Of a stretch of DNA of 64,000 nt, positions 56,556 to 64,000 are shown in pieces. Position numbers and translations under genes: made by a program. The number at the start of each line of letters is the position of its first letter. The stretch's first letter is position 1. The notes under the pieces were generated by a model, which was not told where the DNA came from, did no database searches, and was given only the letters and a program-made list of their open reading frames with translations. The DNA comes from Candidatus Daviesbacteria bacterium (GTDB lineage Bacteria; Patescibacteriota; Microgenomatia; Daviesbacterales; UBA10151): contig JAKFWZ010000080.1 in assembly GCA_021731695.1 (NCBI GenBank), forward strand, positions 34,021-98,020. Direction: 5' to 3'.

Positions 56556-57389
56556 ATGATTAGCCTAGATAGAGGTGAGTATTTTGCAGACCACTTTGGC
56601 ATGGTCACTGAACCTCATTTTCAACTTTACTCCCGATTTTTAAATAATTCAGGCCCCGAAAGAGTTGGTGCCAGACTAGCCTTTATGGAAACTCCTTTAG
56701 CTGTTACAAAATTAAAGACCTTATATCGCAAACTTTCTAATACAGTGTGGGATGAATTGGGCCAAGACGTACTGCGACCATGGCGTGAATTTAAAGGTGC
56801 CGCAATCGAAGTGCTTTTAGGAGACTTTATGACTGAAAAAGTTGCGAGAGAAGGAAAACAAATTGTGACCGGAGAAGAGTTGATTAGAGGAATCAGAAAC
56901 AGCATAATGCTGTATTCCGATGTCGAAAGGAACGGACAGCATCTTCACAGTAAGGGTAAGATTTACTCCTGTCCCGATGCCGTAGGAGTGGCAGTAATAC
57001 CAAGAGAAATGGCAATACTTTCGAGCGTATATGAATTTAAAGCAGCAGACGAACAACATGAAAGACAAATTAAACAGGCTGGTATTTTAAGAAGAGACTT
57101 AGAAGACCCCGATTTTGTAACAATTCTTAAAGAGGCCGTTGCGGAACATTTTTTAATTGATGACAGCCGTAATATGTTAGTTGAATCCAGACTAAGTGCT
57201 GAATTAGTTACCGCATCCAACAAAGCCAAAAGAGGCGAAAGACTTTCAGTCTTATATGACAAAGTACATTCACCTGAAATAAACCCTGAATTATTCAGTT
57301 TTTTTGTGCTTAAAATAATGGCCGGAGTAATTCAAAAGCCTGGATTTACATGGGACAATCTTTTTATACCTGTAAAGTCGAAGAAGTAG
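56556..57389 (+). CDS. hypothetical protein, possible PD-(D/E)XK nuclease
   Basis: CPDAV...VYEFKA....Q motif. Confidence 0.5.
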   Translation: MISLDRGEYFADHFGMVTEPHFQLYSRFLNNSGPERVGARLAFMETPLAVTKLKTLYRKLSNTVWDELGQDVLRPWREFKGAAIEVLLGDFMTEKVAREGKQIVTGEELIRGIRNSIMLYSDVERNGQHLHSKGKIYSCPDAVGVAVIPREMAILSSVYEFKAADEQHERQIKQAGILRRDLEDPDFVTILKEAVAEHFLIDDSRNMLVESRLSAELVTASNKAKRGERLSVLYDKVHSPEINPELFSFFVLKIMAGVIQKPGFTWDNLFIPVKSKK

Positions 57390-57398
57390 AAAATTAGC

Positions 57399-57647
57399 TT
57401 AAACGGAAGCTGGTGCAGGGGTTGCAATAGTTTTTACTTCAATAGCTTTTGGAGTCCACTTTGGCTTAACCATTCTTAAACATTTTGTGCAATACATATT
57501 ACCCTGATATTTATGCAGATTTGGTTTTTGAAGTTTTTTAACAATTTGCGCACGTAAGGGCCACTCGGAAGCGCCTGAAGAGCCCTTCTGGTGTCTTGAC
57601 CAGGTTCTTATATGTGTTTTTTTACTACAAAGTGCACAACTAGACAT
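57399..57647 (-). CDS. rpmB: 50S ribosomal protein L28
   Basis: CALC.K..SRH..KPNL..CTKCLR. Confidence 0.8.
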   Translation of the reverse strand: MSSCALCSKKTHIRTWSRHQKGSSGASEWPLRAQIVKKLQKPNLHKYQGNMYCTKCLRMVKPKWTPKAIEVKTIATPAPASV

Positions 57648-57731
57648 AATTTTTAACTCCTGCAAACAAGAATACTAAATGTATTTTTAATCTGCATTGC
57701 GGTAGAATACCATTTATTAGTAGCAATTTCA

Positions 57732-58370
57732 ATGGAAGCACAAGTACTGGCGCTCGCTATAGTCATATTAGTTTTCTCGGTCATCGTTCATGAAGTTATG
57801 CATGGATACGTGGCTTTAATGTTCGGCGATCATACTGCCGAAAGAGCTGGCAGATTAACCTTAAATCCAATTCCGCATATTGATCCAATCGGCACAATTT
57901 TAGTCCCCGGACTTTTAATCGTTACCAGTTTGATTACCGGAGGAGCCGGATTTTTAATTGGCTGGGCAAAACCTGTACCTGTAAATCCTTTGAACTTTCA
58001 TGATCTTAGACGTGGAGAAATCATGGTTTCTTTAGCAGGCGTTGGCGCAAATTTTGTTTTAGCCTTACTATTCGCAGTTCTGTATCATATCAGCGGAGCC
58101 TTTTTCCCAAACAGGCTTTTAATACTGGTTTTTGAATTTGCAGTCCAAATTAATTTAGTCTTAGCAGTTTTTAACCTTTTACCGGTTCCTCCTTTGGACG
58201 GCTCGAAAGTTTTAATCGCATTGTTACCATACCAAGCCGCCAAAGCTTTTGAGCAAATTTCATTTCAGTATGGTCTTTTTATCCTTTTGATTCTTTTATA
58301 CTTTAATATCATCGGATTTATCTTTGATTTAGTTATTCCACCTTTAATGCAAATTCTCCAGGTTGGTTGA
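57732..58370 (+). CDS. site-2 protease family (M50) protein
   Basis: HEVMH, GRLTLNP..HID..G, GWAKPVP, FNLLPVPPLDG. Confidence 0.95.
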   Translation: MEAQVLALAIVILVFSVIVHEVMHGYVALMFGDHTAERAGRLTLNPIPHIDPIGTILVPGLLIVTSLITGGAGFLIGWAKPVPVNPLNFHDLRRGEIMVSLAGVGANFVLALLFAVLYHISGAFFPNRLLILVFEFAVQINLVLAVFNLLPVPPLDGSKVLIALLPYQAAKAFEQISFQYGLFILLILLYFNIIGFIFDLVIPPLMQILQVG

Positions 58371-58451
58371 CCACATTCAGATGACGTTAACGCGTTTGAT
58401 TTTAGCCTCAAAATAGCATGATTAATCCAGTGCCAAAAGCCTTTCTGTAGT

Positions 58452-58480
58452 TTGACACTTTTCTCTAAAGTTGTTAGTCT
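58452..58480 (+). promoter_or_regulatory. sigma70 promoter
   Basis: TTGACA-N17-TAGTCT with TGn. Confidence 0.6.
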
Positions 58481-58485
58481 TTAGG

Positions 58486-58793
58486 TGTTTCCGAAAGGAA
58501 ACAAAGATGGCTAAAAGCCGCCCAAAGGGGCACTTGCCTACTTAGCACGTTTGAAATCTTAAGTTGCATTTTTCTCCACATATTGCAACCTGATAAGGGA
58601 ATACCTTTTAAAAAGAGGTTTTGCTCAAGTTTTCAGGATCTTTGGATCGTGAGGCAGAGCTCCCGTCTTAAAATTTATCGGGGGAAAACGCTTAAGACAC
58701 GGCCGAGTAGGCAGAAATTATCTTTATAAAAGGTAAACAAATTTAAATATGGAAGATTAGTTAAACCAGTTGCTGAAAAGTAGCTGGTTTTTT
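58486..58793 (+). ncRNA. candidate structured non-coding RNA (6S-like rod possible)
   Basis: no ORF in the track; short 5' hairpins, long-range stem 58535-58546/58702-58713, terminator 58763-58793. Confidence 0.5.
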
Positions 58794-58855
58794 ATACCCT
58801 GAGCTCGTGGTGGATTTTTCAAGCCTGTTAGTTTAAAATTTAACTTCAGTCTTAA

Positions 58856-58929
58856 GCCGATGTAGCTCAGTTGGTTAGAGCGCCACTTTTGTAAAGTGGA
58901 TGTCACGGGTTCGAATCCTGTCATCGGCT
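58856..58929 (+). tRNA. tRNA-Thr(UGU)
   Basis: cloverleaf; ccact-tttgtaa-agtgg; GGTTCGAATCC. Confidence 0.95.
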
Positions 58930-58971
58930 CCTTACGACAATCTAATCTATATATAAAAACATTTCATCTAT

Positions 58972-59007
58972 AGAGACATTTTTCTGCTATTGCAAGATTT
59001 TGTATCA
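58972..59007. repeat. 36-bp degenerate palindrome upstream of the PaaX-like gene
   Basis: 28/36 identical to 59589-59624. Confidence 0.65.
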
Positions 59008-59024
59008 AGTAATATTCTGTTCTC

Positions 59025-59570
59025 GTGAACCCAAAGGTTAAGGATATTTTACAGATTCTGGGAATTACAGGCTTTATTGCCGCATCAATATTAATGCCTG
59101 GTCTGCCTAAAGTCCTGACTCCATTCTATAAGAAACAATATAAACGCTGGGGTCATTTTAATAAGCGAATTCTTAAAGCCAATTTAAGAAGGCTTCAAAA
59201 AAGCGGCGTTATTGAGGAGTCAGAAAATGCAGGCGAAATAATTTATAAAATCTCAGAAAAAGGGAAATTTAAGTTATTTAAATATCGGCTTGATGATATG
59301 AATCTAAACAGAACTAGTTGGGATAAAAAGTGGAGGCTTGTTGCATATGATATTCCAAAGGGAAAGAAAAACCAGGCTGAAGCTTTCAGAACACTACTCA
59401 AGAAAATGAATTTTATGCAACTTCAAAAAAGTCTATGGTTAACACCATATTCCTGTAATAATGAGATTGAATTCTTAAAACAAATCTATTACTTAGACAA
59501 TCATGTTTCGATATTAACTGTTTCTGAAATTGAAGGCGAGTCTGAATACAGAAAATATTTCGGAATTTAG
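59025..59570 (+). CDS. PaaX-like wHTH + Cas2-like domain protein
   Basis: WDKKWRLVAYDIPK..FR.LLK..F.QLQKSLW.TPY.C. Confidence 0.88.
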   Translation: MNPKVKDILQILGITGFIAASILMPGLPKVLTPFYKKQYKRWGHFNKRILKANLRRLQKSGVIEESENAGEIIYKISEKGKFKLFKYRLDDMNLNRTSWDKKWRLVAYDIPKGKKNQAEAFRTLLKKMNFMQLQKSLWLTPYSCNNEIEFLKQIYYLDNHVSILTVSEIEGESEYRKYFGI

Positions 59571-59588
59571 TTGTTACTAGTCATTCAT

Positions 59589-59624
59589 TGATACAATTCC
59601 TTGCAATGGCAAGATTTTGTATCA
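59589..59624. repeat. 36-bp palindrome downstream of the PaaX-like gene
   Basis: TGATACAAttccTTGC-aatg-GCAAgattTTGTATCA. Confidence 0.7.
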
Positions 59625-59746
59625 TGTGAGTGTCTTCCTTGATCTAGTCCTAAATTAAATTTTTTGGTAAAATGCTGCAACGAGTGCCGACATGGCTCAG
59701 GAAGAGCACGTCAGATTAGGTAGGTGTGTTTTTGAAAGTTTAGATT

Positions 59747-59818
59747 GCCGACATGGCTCAGTGGTAGAGCACCTTCTTGGTAAGAAGGACGTCATGGGTC
59801 CGATTCCCATTGTCGGCT
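59747..59818 (+). tRNA. tRNA-Thr(GGU)
   Basis: cloverleaf; ccttc-ttggtaa-gaagg; T-loop reads TCCGATT. Confidence 0.9.
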
Positions 59819-59870
59819 CCGAACGAAGTGAGGAGACAACAAGAGCTTTGCTCATTGTCGGCTCATTCAT

Positions 59871-59903
59871 AAAAAATCCGACCCTTGTGGTCGGTATTTT
59901 TTT
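59871..59903 (+). terminator. probable intrinsic terminator after the tRNA
   Basis: aaaaaat-ccgacc-cttgt-ggtcgg-tattttttt. Confidence 0.6.
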
Positions 59904-60063
59904 GAATTAGTCATCAAGGTAGGAATAAGTAAATTCAGCTGATAACCTAACAATTTAGCCTCGTTGGAATTATCGTTAATAGAATCTATGAATCCGACCC
60001 TAACACCGGCTCCCACTCAATTCCTTGCAAATGGACGCCTGCTTAGTGTAAAATTCCAAAGTT

Positions 60064-60234
60064 ATGGCAAAGAAAGACGCAAGAGCAGCAATTGGTTTAG
60101 AATGCACAGAGTGCAAAAGCCGGAATTATGTTACTCAAAAAAACTCAACAAACACCAAGGACAAATTGTCTTTGCAAAAATACTGCAAAAAATGCCGCAA
60201 ATCCACACTTCATCAGGAATACAAACTGAAATAA
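60064..60234 (+). CDS. rpmG: 50S ribosomal protein L33
   Basis: Not in ORF track; [41 protein letters not shown]. Confidence 0.95.
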   Translation: MAKKDARAAIGLECTECKSRNYVTQKNSTNTKDKLSLQKYCKKCRKSTLHQEYKLK

Positions 60235-60377
60235 ACCAATAAAGCCAATAACCCAATATACAAATGCCCAATGAGCACACGAGCTTCGCTCGTAAAACTT
60301 TAAAGCAAAAAATTGGGAATTGGTTTTAAACAAAGTTGCAAGCTTTGCTTATTTGTATATTTGTTTATTGGTTTATT
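60230..60377. repeat. AATAAACC/GGTTTATT inverted-array element (opposite orientation)
   Basis: caaatgcccaatg...attgggaattgg. Confidence 0.8.
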
Positions 60378-60394
60378 CAATGTATATTGTAGTT

Positions 60395-60664
60395 ATGGAT
60401 TTTAAATCCCTGTCCGATCCTGTAGTTATTGTTGGAGATAATGAAAACAAGCCTTCATTTTTAAGCAAAATCCGTCCCCCTAAAACTGATCCTAAAAAAT
60501 TTATGGGTGCAGGGCTCACTGTACTTTTACTTTTTGCGGTTGGGATAGGGGTTTATGTTGCACAAAGACCTACGAATATAGTTCCGCGCGCGGATGAAGT
60601 TCAGCCTTCCTCTGATTTAAGGACTGCTTCCCCATCTGCTTCACTAAATCCGATTAACGATTAA
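60395..60664 (+). CDS. small single-pass membrane protein
   Basis: transmembrane segment followed by QRPT..PRA. Confidence 0.65.
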   Translation: MDFKSLSDPVVIVGDNENKPSFLSKIRPPKTDPKKFMGAGLTVLLLFAVGIGVYVAQRPTNIVPRADEVQPSSDLRTASPSASLNPIND

Positions 60665-60738
60665 GCAAAGCTTGCGAGCTTGCGCTCTAAACGACTAACA
60701 ATCACACACCCCTCCTTCGGAGGCAACGATTTTTTATG

Positions 60739-60811
60739 CACGGGTGGTAGGAATCGAACCTACAACCTACGGTTTTGGAGACCGTTGCGCTACCAATTGC
60801 GCCACACCCGT
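60739..60811 (-). tRNA. tRNA-Trp(CCA)
   Basis: reverse strand acggt-ctccaaa-accgt; GGTTCGATTCC. Confidence 0.95.
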
Positions 60812-61046
60812 ATTTAAACACCCCGTGATTCCTGGGTTAACAATCTATTATATTCCTGCATTCGCAGGTAAAAGGAAGTTAACCCGCTTTGCTTGCATTT
60901 AGCAACCAAAGCCCATTTCACCATACACGTATGAAGCAAATTCTACCTTTTGCAAAGCAAACAGGCAAGACTTGCTTACATTGTCAAGCGCGCCTGCGCG
61001 AGCTTAGCTCATTCTAAATTGTCCATTTTTATAGTATGCTAAATAT

Positions 61047-61715
61047 ATGTCTGTCCCTGAAATCATTCATCGTTTTTCGTTCATCGTTGGTCAGAAAAAA
61101 CAAAAAATATCTTCAGAAAATAACGAACAGCGAACTACGAACCGATCCGGTTTTACTTTAATAAACCGTGGGACTATTAAAGCTAGCCCTACAGGCTTCA
61201 CTTTAATTGAATTAATGATTGCAATTACTATTATTGCCGTCCTTTCAACTGTGGCATTCGTTTCCTATTCTAAAGCCCAGCAGCTTGGTCGGGATGCAAA
61301 AAGAAAACAGGATTTAAGAACCATAGCAATATCATTGGAACTCTATAAACAAAGAAACGGCAGATATCCATGCGCAGAACCATGGCAGGATAGTAATGAT
61401 ACTCAACCCTGGATAAGAGACTCATTACTATCGCCAAATACAATTTGTGATAACTTAAAGCCCGCTTTTGATACTAACTATATAAGCGCCCTACCTAAAG
61501 ATCCTAGGAGCACAGGTTCGAGTCCATCCGCTGGTGGAAATTTTGTTTACGGATATAGAGCTTTCGAGTGCGGAACGGACGGTTCGCATTATATTCTTAT
61601 AGCTGAACTTGAAAATACTAGTGATCCTGACAGAGCTATTTTAACTACACCATGGTGCGGAGGAACCTATGCCGATATCACTAGTGCCACTAATAAATTC
61701 ATCATTGCCAATTAA
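61047..61715 (+). CDS. type IV pilin / GspG-like prepilin
   Basis: GFTLIELMIAITIIAVL, RDAKRK.DL, LPKDP. Confidence 0.9.
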   Translation: MSVPEIIHRFSFIVGQKKQKISSENNEQRTTNRSGFTLINRGTIKASPTGFTLIELMIAITIIAVLSTVAFVSYSKAQQLGRDAKRKQDLRTIAISLELYKQRNGRYPCAEPWQDSNDTQPWIRDSLLSPNTICDNLKPAFDTNYISALPKDPRSTGSSPSAGGNFVYGYRAFECGTDGSHYILIAELENTSDPDRAILTTPWCGGTYADITSATNKFIIAN

Positions 61716-61717
61716 TC

Positions 61718-63040
61718 ATGGATGAAATCCCAAAAGCAAAGCACGACCACGGCCCTTTAAAATTCCCTGAACATTTTCTGTGGGGGACTGCAACCAGCGC
61801 CCACCAGGTTGAAGGAAATAATACCAATAGTGATTGGTGGGAATGGGAACAAAGAAAGCCTTTGGATAAACAGAGCGGAAAAGCGGCGGATGAATACAAC
61901 CGTTATGATGAGGATTTTGAAATTGCAAAATCCCTTAGTTTAAACTCCCAAAGGATTTCTATTGAGTGGGCCAGAATCGAACCTGTAGAGGGACAATTCG
62001 ATCAATCAGCAATAGATCACTACAAACTAGTTTTAAAATCCCTAAAAGCAAAACATTTTAAGGTTATGTTAACTCTCTGGCATTTTACACTGCCAAAGTG
62101 GATTGCAGATATTGGCGGCTGGGAAAATGCTCAAACAACAGATTATTTTCTGAGATTTATCGAAAGAGTCGTACCGGAATTTGACGATTACGTTGATTTT
62201 TGGGTGACTTTAAACGAACCGGGTGTATACGCATTTATGTCATACCTGCAAGGTTTTTGGCCCCCTCAGAAAAAAAGCCGCTGGGCAGCTTTAAGGGTCC
62301 AGTGGAATTTAGCAAAAGCGCATCAAAAAGCTTATAAACTTTTAAAAATGCAATCCCGCCACCCGGTTGGAATCGCCCAAAATATGCAGTCATTTCACTC
62401 AAGTCATAAGCATTCTATAATAGAGCTTGCATCGGTTTACGTCAGTGATATCATCACTAATCATGCCTTCTACAAATTAACCGGCTACGACACTCATGAT
62501 TTTTTGGGAATTAACTATTACTTTCATCACAGGTTTAATAGAAGAGATAAATTTTTACCCACCGTGGAGGATGCAAGAGAGCAGCACAGAGACATTTCGG
62601 ATTTAGGCTGGGAGGTTTTTCCGGAAGGAATTTATGATGTCTTAATGGATATTTCTAATCACAAGCCAATTTATATAACTGAGTGCGGAATTGCTTCAAC
62701 CAACGATGACCGCAGAACCAGATTTCTAATTCAATACTTGTCCGAAGTTTTTCGGGCGGTAGAATCCGGAGTTAGAGTTAAAGGATTTTTCTACTGGAGC
62801 TTAATTGATAATTTCGAATGGGATAAAGGATTTGATCCGAGATTTGGGTTGGTCGCGATTGATTATAAAGATCAGCAGAGGACAGTGAGAGCTTCGGCTT
62901 ATGTTTATTCAGAAATTGCCAAACATAATCAAATGCCTCATTCGCTGCTTCGGCTTTTGGGTCATACTGTAAGAGTTGAGGAAGTATTATGCTACATGCA
63001 TGACAAGCCAAAAGCGCTTTGCCAGCATTTTAATACGTGA
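61718..63040 (+). CDS. glycoside hydrolase family 1 (beta-glucosidase)
   Basis: FLWGTATSAHQVEG, TLNEP, ITECG, WSLIDNFEW. Confidence 0.95.
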   Translation: MDEIPKAKHDHGPLKFPEHFLWGTATSAHQVEGNNTNSDWWEWEQRKPLDKQSGKAADEYNRYDEDFEIAKSLSLNSQRISIEWARIEPVEGQFDQSAIDHYKLVLKSLKAKHFKVMLTLWHFTLPKWIADIGGWENAQTTDYFLRFIERVVPEFDDYVDFWVTLNEPGVYAFMSYLQGFWPPQKKSRWAALRVQWNLAKAHQKAYKLLKMQSRHPVGIAQNMQSFHSSHKHSIIELASVYVSDIITNHAFYKLTGYDTHDFLGINYYFHHRFNRRDKFLPTVEDAREQHRDISDLGWEVFPEGIYDVLMDISNHKPIYITECGIASTNDDRRTRFLIQYLSEVFRAVESGVRVKGFFYWSLIDNFEWDKGFDPRFGLVAIDYKDQQRTVRASAYVYSEIAKHNQMPHSLLRLLGHTVRVEEVLCYMHDKPKALCQHFNT

Positions 63041-63122
63041 TATGCAAAACGTGATATGTAAAACGACTATATATTACGCAATTTTTTCCATATAACGTAT
63101 GCCGTATTACATATCACTTATA
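63033..63122. repeat. GTGATAT/ATATCAC inverted array
   Basis: acgtgatatgcaaaacgtgatatgtaaaacg...cgtattacatatcac. Confidence 0.7.
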
Positions 63123-63131
63123 ACCTAACCT

Positions 63132-64000
63132 ATGAACTATTTAGTACTTGCTACAATTGCATATCTACTTAATGCTGTCGCAATTACCATCGACAAAATT
63201 TTACTTGTCAAAAGATTGCCAAACCCTGCACTTTATGTTTTTTATATTTCTGTTTTTAGCTTAATTGTTTTTTTCGGAATTCCATTTGCAACATTTCCTG
63301 ATCAATGGGCTTTTATAAATGGCTCAATTTCTACAATACTTTGGACATTAGGCGCCTATTTTATGTTCAAAGCCCTAAAAGATGGCGAGGCGGTTCGTGT
63401 TGTTCCGATAATCGGAACTCTTATTCCGTTAATTCTATTTGCCATGGCCGCGGTTTCAGATACGATAAATTTAAACGAGATATGGGCGGTTGTATTTTTA
63501 CTTATTGGTTTAATTTTTCTAATTCTTCCTTATTTAAAAGGCAAATTTTCTAAAGTAGAAATTTACTACGAAATAATTTCAGCTCTTTTATTTGCTAATT
63601 CATATTTTCTTTTAAAGGTCGCTTATGACACCAGCAACTTTTTATCTGTCATGGTTTATTCGAGAGTTGTTTTAGTTCCGATTCTTTTAGCAATTTTAAT
63701 CATTCCGTTTTTGCGAAAAAAAGTTTTCAGCAGCGACTCCCCCCGAGAAAAAATAAATCTATGGAGCAAAACCGGTTTTATTCTTTTAATCGGCCAGGCT
63801 TGTGGAGGATTTTCAGGTTTACTCCTAACCTTTTCAATCTCTCTGGCAAATCCAGCCGTAATCAATTCAATTCAGGGAATTCAATATGTCTTCTTATTCA
63901 TTTTAGGTTTAACTGTCGCTAAAAAATTCCCCGCTGCCTTCAATGAGAAATTAACAAAGTCTCATTTCGGAGCAAAGATTATTGGAATTATTTTTATATT
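63132..64000 (+). CDS. EamA/DMT family transporter (runs off the window)
   Basis: hand translation MNYLVLATIAYLLNAVAITIDKILL..FKALKDGEAVRVVP; multiple TM helices. Confidence 0.8.
   Translation, partial: MNYLVLATIAYLLNAVAITIDKILLVKRLPNPALYVFYISVFSLIVFFGIPFATFPDQWAFINGSISTILWTLGAYFMFKALKDGEAVRVVPIIGTLIPLILFAMAAVSDTINLNEIWAVVFLLIGLIFLILPYLKGKFSKVEIYYEIISALLFANSYFLLKVAYDTSNFLSVMVYSRVVLVPILLAILIIPFLRKKVFSSDSPREKINLWSKTGFILLIGQACGGFSGLLLTFSISLANPAVINSIQGIQYVFLFILGLTVAKKFPAAFNEKLTKSHFGAKIIGIIFI

Noticed and set aside
59692-60333. ORFs 59692..59910, 59964..60242, 60145..60333
   Set aside because: They overlap tRNA-Thr and rpmG, which explain the sequence
1287-63865. Antisense or overlapping ORFs within recognised genes (e.g. 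1287, 1692, 7491, 10990, 11725, 29588, 42786, 48672, 50302, 55575, 63305, 63656)
   Set aside because: Shadow frames of well-supported genes with no independent motifs
1-64000. Alternative genetic code (TGA = Gly) or prophage
   Set aside because: Core genes end normally at TGA (cysS, recR, fmt) and no phage structural or integrase genes are recognisable

Overview
Chromosomal window from a low-GC bacterium, most likely Patescibacteria (CPR, Microgenomates-like; inferred from gene repertoire), standard genetic code. It carries housekeeping genes (cmk, rarA, cysS, recR, ybaB, purN, folD, glyA, dnaX, ybeY, rpsU, tig, proS, rseP, frr, tsf, rpsB, thyA, dcd x2, tmk, pyrG, topA, clp ATPase, dprA, mrdA/mreBCD, pyrF/E/C/D, def, fmt, rpmB, rpmG), three tRNAs, two toxin-antitoxin pairs and many single orphan ORFs. 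The main unexplained structure is a dense set of small palindromic DNA elements, many nested in each other or inserted in frame in core proteins. (1) About 18 CGTC/RPE-like palindromes. (2) Inverted 7-9-mer arrays, one pair of which brackets a four-helix-bundle gene like a candidate autonomous element; a near-identical arm lies inside pyrC. (3) Five copies of a ~170-230 bp structured repeat with compensatory base changes. (4) Two identical 129-bp IS200/IS605-type PATE copies. Also notable are two PaaX/Cas2-like genes each bracketed by its own 36-bp palindrome pair, a T-box riboswitch upstream of proS, a candidate ~300-nt ncRNA, and widespread leaderless-type promoters. All calls were made by eye; no searches or folding programs were run, and repeat boundaries may be off by a few bases.
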